NCBI GenBank assembly: GCA_965228895.1
Contig: OZ245842.1
Span: forward strand, 2,912,001-2,976,000
Source: Alphaproteobacteria bacterium
GTDB taxonomy: Bacteria; Pseudomonadota; Alphaproteobacteria; SP197
Length of the DNA stretch: 64,000 nucleotides
Reading direction: 5' to 3'
Positions 56,440 through 64,000 of this stretch are shown piece by piece. Every line of letters begins with the position of its first letter. Within the stretch, counting starts at the first letter, position 1. The notes under the pieces are model-generated. The model was given only the letters and a program-made list of their open reading frames with translations. It was not told the DNA's origin and made no database searches. Made by a program: the position numbers and the translations under genes.

Positions 56440-57370
56440 GGTTTTTCAGGTAGGCGCCGACCTCGTTGAGCGACTCCATGCCCTCCGGCACGAAGTGGCA
56501 CCAGTATTCCGTCGTGTGGACCATGCCCGGCAAGGTCTTGAAGCGGGCATCGACGCCGGCCTCGACCGCTTTTTCGACCACGCGTTTGCCGTCGTCGTGC
56601 AGAACCTCACGCTCGCCGGCGTGAACCAGAAATGGCGGAAAGCCGGTGAAGTCGCCGAAGACGGGTGAGACATAGGGATGGGTCAACGGCGTGTCGTCGG
56701 TGACATAGAGGCTTCCAACCCACGCAACGCCCTCGGGGCTGATCATTGGATCGAAGGGCGCGCGCTCGGTCATCGACGGGCTGGAGCAGGTGAAATCGGT
56801 CGCCGGGCCGAAGGCTGCGGCAGCCTTGGGCAAGCGGCGCCCCTCGTCTCTCAGGCGCAGCATCAAGGCAAAGGTCAGGTTGCCGCCCGCCGAATCGCCC
56901 GCCAGGAACACCTCGCGCGGCGCGCTTTCGCCGGCCGGGCCGTTGGCCAGCATCCAGGTCCAGGCGGAGACACAATCGTTCAGACCGGCGGGATAGGGAT
57001 GCTCGGGCGCCAAGCGGTAGTCGATGGCCAGCACCGCCATGCCGGTCGCACGCGACAACGCTTCGACCTGGTGGCGATAGCCGGCGAGCGTGCCGGCGAT
57101 CCACCCGCCACCATGGATAAACATAAGCCTGAGATCCGGATCGGCGCCTTCAGCCAGGATCCACTCAGACGGCACCGTACCGGCTGAGACCTTTTCCACG
57201 CGTGTCGTCGGCTGCACTTTGGGCGCGACACCGTCGACGACAAGGCAGGCGTCGGTGTCCCGGCGATAGGCCGTTATGGCCTTCGCCGTGTCGCCACCGG
57301 CCATCTTGTCAAATTCCTTGGCCGACTTTTCCTGGCTCTCCAGAAGCCGCGCAAATTCCGGTGACGGCAT
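56432..57370 (-). CDS. Alpha/beta hydrolase, HSL-family esterase
   Basis: HGGG, DYRLAPEHPYPA, GDSAGG, SP. Confidence 0.9.
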   Translation of the reverse strand: MPSPEFARLLESQEKSAKEFDKMAGGDTAKAITAYRRDTDACLVVDGVAPKVQPTTRVEKVSAGTVPSEWILAEGADPDLRLMFIHGGGWIAGTLAGYRHQVEALSRATGMAVLAIDYRLAPEHPYPAGLNDCVSAWTWMLANGPAGESAPREVFLAGDSAGGNLTFALMLRLRDEGRRLPKAAAAFGPATDFTCSSPSMTERAPFDPMISPEGVAWVGSLYVTDDTPLTHPYVSPVFGDFTGFPPFLVHAGEREVLHDDGKRVVEKAVEAGVDARFKTLPGMVHTTEYWCHFVPEGMESLNEVGAYLKNHV

Positions 57371-57443
57371 AAGGTGTTCCCCACGCAGGCCGACATGGTC
57401 GCTGACCAACAGGGTGCCGTGGCTGGTAGGAAAAGATCAACCG

Positions 57444-58055
57444 TTAGAATAAACCGACGGTCTCGAGGTCACGGCGCAGGGACTCAGGCCCGGTGAAATG
57501 ATGGGTGTGGAAGCCAAGTGCCGAGGCCGCCTGCGTGTTCGAAGCGGTATCGTCAACAAACAATGTCTCGTCGGCCTTCAGGCCAAAGCGCTCGAGGCTC
57601 AGGCGAAAGATGGCGGGATCAGGTTTGATCACCCCTTCCCGTCCCGAAACGACGATATCGTCAAACCACTGCAAAAAGCCGAAACGTTCTTCGGCCCGCG
57701 GAAAGGTCTCGGAAGACCAATTCGTCAGCCCGAAGAGCGGTACACCTGCGTTCTTCAGATCTGCGGCAATGGCCACGGTGTCGTCGAAGGCGCCGTTCCA
57801 CATGCGCTCGAACTGATCGTAATAGGCTTCGATCAAGTCGCGGTGCTCGGGAAACTGCGCAACCAGGATCGCGGTTGCTTCGGCGGTACCGCGCCCGGCA
57901 TCCTGCTGGCTGTTCCATGCCTGTGTGCAGACGTTGGCGAGGAAGTCTTCCATGACCGCCTCGTCGTCTATCAGTTCGCGATAGAGGTATCTGGGATTCC
58001 AGTCGACGAGGACACCGCCCAGGTCGAAGATAACGTAGCGCGGTTTGCCACTCAC
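57444..58055 (-). CDS. HAD-superfamily hydrolase
   Basis: FDLGGVL, LTNW, KPDPAIF, FVDD; GTG start overlaps the soxG stop. Confidence 0.9.
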   Translation of the reverse strand: MSGKPRYVIFDLGGVLVDWNPRYLYRELIDDEAVMEDFLANVCTQAWNSQQDAGRGTAEATAILVAQFPEHRDLIEAYYDQFERMWNGAFDDTVAIAADLKNAGVPLFGLTNWSSETFPRAEERFGFLQWFDDIVVSGREGVIKPDPAIFRLSLERFGLKADETLFVDDTASNTQAASALGFHTHHFTGPESLRRDLETVGLF

Positions 58056-58720
58056 GCTTGATCGGTGTCGGCGTCGGCTACCTTTTTCGCCGCCTTGCGT
58101 TTGGCCGGACGGCGCCAGGATGCGGCCATCGCTGGCTCGGCGACGACCGCGACGCCATAGGGCGCGCCGGCCCGTTCGAACCAGGTCCACAGGTAGTCGG
58201 CCTGGCTGCGCTCCACATAGACGTCATAGACGGGCGCGTTATCGACCTGATCCAGGATGATCGTCGTGCGGGCCAGATGGCTCTGGGCACATTGGCCGGC
58301 GGTGAAGACGCTGGAGTGCAGATCCAGCGGGCAGCCCATCGCCAGAACATCGCGCGCCATGGGACCGGCGAGCCGGATCACCGTACGGCCTTCGGACACG
58401 TCGATCACCGCGCGCGCGGCGCCGTCGAGCGCCTCGACCAGGGCCTTTTCCGCGCCCGCCGGACCGACGATCAACCACTCGTCGGGTCCCAGCCACAGGC
58501 CGGTCAGACCGTTGCCCTGACTGGTCGTATTCGGCGTTAAAGGAAGATCTAAGCCAGTCGATTTTTTAACTGCTTTTTCAATAGCTTGGCCACGCACATT
58601 AATCTTTGTGAGATAACGGCGCTCACAGAGCCACAAGCTGGCGTCACCGGGCTCGGCAACGACCTTGGCGTCGAGCCCGAGATGGGCCAGCGGGCTTTGC
58701 CTTAAGTAGCTCTCAACCAC
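58052..58720 (-). CDS. soxG: Sarcosine oxidase gamma subunit
   Basis: RQSPL, WLGPDEWL, DVS, GCPLDLH; follows soxA. Confidence 0.9.
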   Translation of the reverse strand: MVESYLRQSPLAHLGLDAKVVAEPGDASLWLCERRYLTKINVRGQAIEKAVKKSTGLDLPLTPNTTSQGNGLTGLWLGPDEWLIVGPAGAEKALVEALDGAARAVIDVSEGRTVIRLAGPMARDVLAMGCPLDLHSSVFTAGQCAQSHLARTTIILDQVDNAPVYDVYVERSQADYLWTWFERAGAPYGVAVVAEPAMAASWRRPAKRKAAKKVADADTDQA

Positions 58721-61715
58721 GCAACCGCTCCCCTTCCGGATCGAAGAAAACGGGATCGACGATCTTGGCGCGCACAACCTTGTCTTCCAACGGCAGGGAG
58801 ACGGTTTGGCCGATACGGGAACGCCCGCTCTTGATCAGCGCGAGGGCGATCGAACGACCACAATTGGGGCTCCAGTAGCTCGACGAGACCCAACCTTCCA
58901 TCGGCACCGGCGGCGGCGCGTTGGGCGTCGGCGAGATATGCGCGCCTTCGGGCAGCACGATATTGGGGTCTTCCGTCTCCAACCCAACAAGCTGTTTGCG
59001 GTCCTGGCGTTCGGTGTCGGGCCGACCCAAGCCACGCTTGCCCAGGAAGTCCGGCTTCTTCTTGCTGACGATCCAATCCATGCCGAGATCGTAGGGCGTG
59101 GTCGTGCCGTCGGTATCCTGACCGGCGATAATGAACCCCTTCTCCGCGCGCAGCACATGCATGGCCTCGGTGCCGTAGGGCGTGATCGCGTACTTTTCGC
59201 CGACGGTCATCAGCGCGTTCCACAGCGCGAGCCCGTAACTCGCGGGCACCTGCACCTCGAAGCCGAGCTCACCGGAGAAACTGATACGGAAGATGCGCGC
59301 GGGAATGCCGGCGACCTCGCCGTCCTGCCACGCCATGAACGGGAACGCTTCGGTGGAGAAATCGACGCCGGTGGTCAGTTCTTCAACCAGTTTGCGGCTG
59401 TTTGGCCCGGCAATCGCGATGGCGGCCCAGTGGGTGGTGACCGAGGTGCAATAGACCTCCAGATCCGTCCACTCGCATTGCAGCCACTCTTCGAGCCAAT
59501 TGAGAACCGTCGGCGCGCCGCCGGTGGTCGTGCTCATCAGAAAGTGGTTCTCGCCGATGCGCGACGTCACGCCATCGTCGAAGACCATGCCGTCGTCCTT
59601 GCACATCAGGCCGTAACGGCAGCGCCCAACAGCGAGCTTCGAGAACGCATTGGTGTAGACACGGTTGATCAGCTCGACCGCATCCGGCCCCTGGATGTCG
59701 ATCTTGCCGAGCGTGCTGGCGTCGAGGATACCGACGGAGGCGCGCGCGGCTTCGACCTCGCGGTTAACCGCATCGGCGACGCTCTCGCCGTCGCGTAGGT
59801 AGCAGTAGGGTCGTTTCCACTGCCCGACGTCCTCAAACTTGGCGCCGTTCTGTTCGTGCCAGACATGCATCGGCGTCTTGCGGATGGGATCGAGCAGGTC
59901 AGCGCCCGTATCCTGGCCAGCAATCGCCCCGATGGTTGTCGCCGTATAGAACGGACGGAAGGTGGTGTGGCCGACCTCCGGGATCGGTTCCTCCCGCGTT
60001 TCCGCCAGGATGGCCAGCGCGTTGACGTTCGAGGTCTTGCCCTGGTCCGTACCCATGCCGGTCGTGGTGTAGCGCTTGAAGTGTTCGACCGAGCGGTAGT
60101 TTTCGCGCACCGCCAGACCGACATCCGCGGCGGTGACATCGTTCTGGAAATCCAGGAACTTCTTGGCGCCCTTGCGGTCCGTCGGGATCGACCAGATGGC
60201 GCGTGGCGCGCCGACGTCTTCGTCGTCGACCGCCGGTACACTGTCCATAGCATCGACCGTTTTGCCGGCTGCCTCGGCCGCGGCTCTCCCGGCGGCGGCA
60301 CCGCCCGAGAGACAGGCACTCACGGCAAAGTCGCCATTCGCGGCGCCGACGCTTGTCTCGGCCTGGCGCGACACATCCGGGCGGAACAGGCTCATGGTCT
60401 CGTCCCAGCGCAGCTTGCCGCCGGATTGGGAATAGAGATGGACCGTGGGGTTCCAGCCGCCGGACATCATGAGGAGATCGCAGGCGATGGTGCGCTTGGT
60501 GCCGCGGACGGCCTTGCCGTCATCGGTCAACGGGATGACATCAACCTGATTGACGCGTTTGTCGCCGCGCGTACCGGTAATGCCGCTGCCCGCCAGGATC
60601 TCGATATCACGGCCGCGCGCCTGTGTTGCCAGCGGTCCGTCGACCTTGGATCTAAGATCGACGATCGCCGCGATTTTGACGCCGCCATCGGCCGCATCAA
60701 GCGCCGCGCGATAACCGGACTCGTTGTTGGTCAAGACCACCGCGTTGTCGCCAGGGCGCACGCCGAAACGATTCACATAGGTACGCGCGGCGCTGGCCAG
60801 CATGATGCCGGGCCGATCGTTTTCGGCGAACACGAGCGGGCGCTCGAGCGCGCCGGTCGCCAGGATCACGTGGCGCGCGCGGATCTTCCACAAACGTTGG
60901 CGCGGTCCGTGCCGTTCGGCCCGTGGCAGATGGTCGCTCAGCCGTTCGACGGCGATCAGATAGTTGTGGTCCTGATAGGCGACCACCGTGGTGCGCGGCA
61001 ACAGCGAAACCTCCGGCATAGCCGCAAGCTCATCGGTCGTCTGGTCGACCCACTCGGTAGCCTGTTCGCCGCCAATGCTGGCCCGGCTCGACAAGAGCGA
61101 ACCGCCAAATGCCATCTGTTCGTCGGCCAGCATGACACGCGCACCGGCTCGCCCAGCAGCCAACGCCGCCGACAGGCCGGCGGGCCCGCCACCGACCACC
61201 AGGACGTCGCAGAAGGCATAGCGTTTTTCGTAGGTGTCGGGATCGGCCTCGCGCGGCGCCTTACCCAGACCGGCAGCGCGGCGGATGACCTTTTCGTAAA
61301 GCATCCACGCGGCTTCCGGCCACATAAATGTCTTGTAGTAGAAACCGGCGGGCAGGAACTTCGACAGGTGATTGTTGATCGACTGGATGTCGAAGTTGAC
61401 GCTGGGCCAGCAGTTCTGGCTGGCGCCGACCAGGCCATCGAACAGCTCAATCTGGGTCGCGCGGATGTTGGGCTCGGTCTCGCCGCCTTGCCCCAGCTGA
61501 ACCAGCGCATTCGGTTCTTCCGGGCCGGCCGTCACGATGCCGCGCGGGCGATGATACTTGAAGCTGCGCCCGACCAGATGGACGCCATTGGCAAGCAACG
61601 CCGACGCCAGCGTGTCGCCGGGGTAGCCGAGATAACGGTCGCCGTCATAGGTAAAGGCGAGTTCGCGGCTGCGATCGATCAGGCCGCCTTCGGCATTGCG
61701 GAACGACTGGCTCAT
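58713..61715 (-). CDS. soxA: Sarcosine oxidase alpha subunit
   Basis: GDTLASALLANG, RSFKYHRPRG, GFYYKTF, KRYTTTGMGTDQGK, GcvT-like C-terminus. Confidence 0.96.
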   Translation of the reverse strand: MSQSFRNAEGGLIDRSRELAFTYDGDRYLGYPGDTLASALLANGVHLVGRSFKYHRPRGIVTAGPEEPNALVQLGQGGETEPNIRATQIELFDGLVGASQNCWPSVNFDIQSINNHLSKFLPAGFYYKTFMWPEAAWMLYEKVIRRAAGLGKAPREADPDTYEKRYAFCDVLVVGGGPAGLSAALAAGRAGARVMLADEQMAFGGSLLSSRASIGGEQATEWVDQTTDELAAMPEVSLLPRTTVVAYQDHNYLIAVERLSDHLPRAERHGPRQRLWKIRARHVILATGALERPLVFAENDRPGIMLASAARTYVNRFGVRPGDNAVVLTNNESGYRAALDAADGGVKIAAIVDLRSKVDGPLATQARGRDIEILAGSGITGTRGDKRVNQVDVIPLTDDGKAVRGTKRTIACDLLMMSGGWNPTVHLYSQSGGKLRWDETMSLFRPDVSRQAETSVGAANGDFAVSACLSGGAAAGRAAAEAAGKTVDAMDSVPAVDDEDVGAPRAIWSIPTDRKGAKKFLDFQNDVTAADVGLAVRENYRSVEHFKRYTTTGMGTDQGKTSNVNALAILAETREEPIPEVGHTTFRPFYTATTIGAIAGQDTGADLLDPIRKTPMHVWHEQNGAKFEDVGQWKRPYCYLRDGESVADAVNREVEAARASVGILDASTLGKIDIQGPDAVELINRVYTNAFSKLAVGRCRYGLMCKDDGMVFDDGVTSRIGENHFLMSTTTGGAPTVLNWLEEWLQCEWTDLEVYCTSVTTHWAAIAIAGPNSRKLVEELTTGVDFSTEAFPFMAWQDGEVAGIPARIFRISFSGELGFEVQVPASYGLALWNALMTVGEKYAITPYGTEAMHVLRAEKGFIIAGQDTDGTTTPYDLGMDWIVSKKKPDFLGKRGLGRPDTERQDRKQLVGLETEDPNIVLPEGAHISPTPNAPPPVPMEGWVSSSYWSPNCGRSIALALIKSGRSRIGQTVSLPLEDKVVRAKIVDPVFFDPEGERLRG

Positions 61716-61999
61716 GCGCCGTCTCCGTCAAGCGTCGGCCTGGGCTCGGTGATGCCGTAGACCTTCAAGACCTCATGGCTCACCGTCGAGCGCGCGATAT
61801 GGAACCACTTTCGGCACCCATGGGCGTGGAACCAACGCTCGAAGTGAACGCCCTTCGGGTTCTCGCGCATGAAAAGGTAATCGCCCCATTGGGCATCGCT
61901 CGCGATATCCGGGTCGGGCCGCACGATGTGGCCTTCGCCGCCGCAGGAGAACTCCGTCTGCGCGCGTGGACCGCACCAGGGGCATGGAATGACAAGCAT
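61712..61999 (-). CDS. soxD: Sarcosine oxidase delta subunit
   Basis: CPWCGPR...EF, R.NP.G...E.W.H..GC. Confidence 0.95.
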   Translation of the reverse strand: MLVIPCPWCGPRAQTEFSCGGEGHIVRPDPDIASDAQWGDYLFMRENPKGVHFERWFHAHGCRKWFHIARSTVSHEVLKVYGITEPRPTLDGDGA

Positions 62000-62011
62000 C
62001 GCGTCGCCTCC

Positions 62012-63268
62012 CTAGTGCGCCACCGCGGCGGCGCCGTGTTCGTCGATCAGGAACCCGGTCTCGAAGCGTTTGAGGTCGAAGGCTTCGTTGATCTTGTGCG
62101 GCCGGTCCTGGGCGATGGTATGGGCAAAGACCCAGCCGGAGCCCGGCGTCGCCTTGAAACCGCCGGTGCCCCAACCGCAGTTGATGTAGAAGCCGTCGAC
62201 CGGGGTTTTGGAAATGATCGGGCTGGCATCCGGGCACGTGTCGACGATGCCGCCCCAGGTGCGCATGATCTTGAGCCGGCTCACGATCGGGTAAAGATCC
62301 TTCAGCGCCTCGATCTGGTGTTCAATGACATCGAACGATCCGCGCTGGGCATAGGAGAGATAAGGATCGATGCCGGCGCCCAGCACCAGTTCGCCCTTGT
62401 CGGACTGGCTGACATAGACATGGACGGTGTTCGACATGATGACCGTGTCGATCACCGGCTTGATCGGCTCCGACACCATCGCCTGCAGCGGGTGGCTTTC
62501 GACCGGCAGGCGCAGGCCCGCCATCGCCGCGACTACCGAGGCATGACCGGCGACAACGGCGCCGATCTTCTTGGCGCGGATTGTGCCGCGATTGGTCTCG
62601 ACGCCGGTCACCGCGCCGTTCTCGATGTTGATGCCGGTGACTTCGCAGTTCTGGATGATATCGATGCCGGCCTCGTCGGCGCGCCGCGCGTAGCCCCAGG
62701 CGACGGCGTCGTGGCGCGCGGTCCCGGCGCGTCGTTGCATGGCGCCGCCCAACACGGGATAGCGGATGTTTTTGGAGATATTGATGATCGGCGCGATCTG
62801 CTTGATCTGGGCGGGCGTCACCATCTCGTAGTCGATGCCGTTCAGACGGCAAGCATGGCCGCGCCGGGTCAGTTCCTTCAGATCATGTTCGTTGTGCGCC
62901 AGATTGATAACGCCGCGCTGGGAGAACATGACGTTGTAGTTGAGGTCCTGGGAAAGGCCTTCCCACAGCTTCAGCGACTTTTCATAGAGATGGGCGCTTT
63001 CGTCCCACAGGTAGTTGGACCGCACGATCGTTGTGTTGCGCCCGGTATTGCCACCGCCCAGCCAGCCTTTTTCCAGCACCGCGACATTGGTGATGCCGTG
63101 TTCCTTGGCCAGATAGTACGCGGACGCCAGGCCGTGGCCACCGCCGCCGATGACAATGACATCGTATTCCGGCTTCGGGTCGGGGCTGCGCCACGCCTGA
63201 GGCCAGTTCTGATGGTAGTCGCGGGCCTGCCGAAGCAGGCTGAAAATGGAATACTTCACCTTGGCCAT
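62012..63268 (-). CDS. soxB: Sarcosine oxidase beta subunit
   Basis: [56 protein letters not shown]. Confidence 0.96.
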   Translation of the reverse strand: MAKVKYSIFSLLRQARDYHQNWPQAWRSPDPKPEYDVIVIGGGGHGLASAYYLAKEHGITNVAVLEKGWLGGGNTGRNTTIVRSNYLWDESAHLYEKSLKLWEGLSQDLNYNVMFSQRGVINLAHNEHDLKELTRRGHACRLNGIDYEMVTPAQIKQIAPIINISKNIRYPVLGGAMQRRAGTARHDAVAWGYARRADEAGIDIIQNCEVTGINIENGAVTGVETNRGTIRAKKIGAVVAGHASVVAAMAGLRLPVESHPLQAMVSEPIKPVIDTVIMSNTVHVYVSQSDKGELVLGAGIDPYLSYAQRGSFDVIEHQIEALKDLYPIVSRLKIMRTWGGIVDTCPDASPIISKTPVDGFYINCGWGTGGFKATPGSGWVFAHTIAQDRPHKINEAFDLKRFETGFLIDEHGAAAVAH

Positions 63269-63385
63269 TGCGCCTCTGCCCACGCCGCAATCCGGCCGGC
63301 ACGATCGTCATTCCGGCGCTGCAAGCTAGCGACGGCCGCCGGGCCGAATTGGCCCGGGAACGACACGGTTTGCCCGATTTGCGCG

Positions 63386-64000
63386 CTACTCGGCGGCGTC
63401 TTTCGCATCGGTGAAGATTGGCTCCACCTGCTTCAATTCGCTGATCTCGATGTGGCACTTGATGACGTGCCCGGGCTCGACCTCTTTGTCCGGCGGCACT
63501 TCTTCATCGCAGATCTTGCCGAGGTAACGCGGACAACGGGTCGAGAAGCGGCAGCCTTTGGGCGGGTTGATGACGCTGGGCATCTCGCCTTCAAGCCGGA
63601 TACGCTTCTGTTTGACGTCCGGGTCGGGGATCGGCACCGCCGACAGCAGCGCCTCCGTATAGGGATGGTATGGCGGATTGAAGATCGTGTCCGCCGGGCC
63701 GGACTCCATGATCTGGCCGAGATACATGACGACGATGTCGTCGGAGATGAACCGCACGACGCTGAGGTCATGGCTGATGAAGAGCAGCGTCGTGTTGTAT
63801 TCGGCCTGCACCTCGTTCAGCAGATTGATGACCGCAGCCTGGACCGAAACATCGAGCGCGGAAACCGGCTCGTCGGCGATCACCATGCTGGGATTGCCGG
63901 CAAACGCGCGCGCGACCGCGATGCGCTGTTTCTGACCACCGGAAAGCTGGCGCGGTTTACGCGTCGAAAAGGCCGGGGGCAAGCGCACGATGTTCAGCAT
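63386..64000 (-). CDS. Peptide ABC transporter ATP-binding protein, C-terminal part (5' end off the window)
   Basis: LSGGQKQR, ADEPVSALDVSVQA, HPYT, GCRF.TRCP. Confidence 0.9.
   Translation of the reverse strand: MLNIVRLPPAFSTRKPRQLSGGQKQRIAVARAFAGNPSMVIADEPVSALDVSVQAAVINLLNEVQAEYNTTLLFISHDLSVVRFISDDIVVMYLGQIMESGPADTIFNPPYHPYTEALLSAVPIPDPDVKQKRIRLEGEMPSVINPPKGCRFSTRCPRYLGKICDEEVPPDKEVEPGHVIKCHIEISELKQVEPIFTDAKDAAE

Overview
GC-rich (roughly 65% by eye), gene-dense chromosomal window that most likely comes from a free-living, probably marine alphaproteobacterium. This is inferred from gene content and from a RIME-like palindrome. It carries about 55 CDS, dominated by methylated-amine, betaine and C1 catabolism: soxBDAG, two GcvT-family dimethylglycine/sarcosine dehydrogenases, a dgcA-like/dgcB/ETF operon, a second DgcA/StcD-like flavoenzyme, a DddP-like M24 enzyme, a CntA-like Rieske oxygenase, an HpbD-like epimerase, a non-pyrrolysine MttB, a ProP-like MFS and three GFA proteins. 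Also present are peptide ABC transporter genes, a Co-type nitrile hydratase, an APH(3') homologue, an orphan MT-A70 methyltransferase and a TPR-GT41 protein. I saw no rRNA, tRNA, CRISPR array, transposase or integrase. The most striking unexplained structures are: (i) two independent cases where a diverged copy of a gene's last ~20 codons, differing mostly at synonymous sites, reappears on the far side of an adjacent cargo gene with no recombinase nearby; (ii) a desaturase / XRE regulator / GFA / signal-peptide-less PhnD-fold module of unknown function; (iii) a promoter-uORF-hairpin leader in front of a stand-alone ACT-like protein; (iv) short AT-rich, synonymously recoded patches inside conserved genes. 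All family assignments come from motif recognition by eye, with no database searches. Start codons are best guesses.
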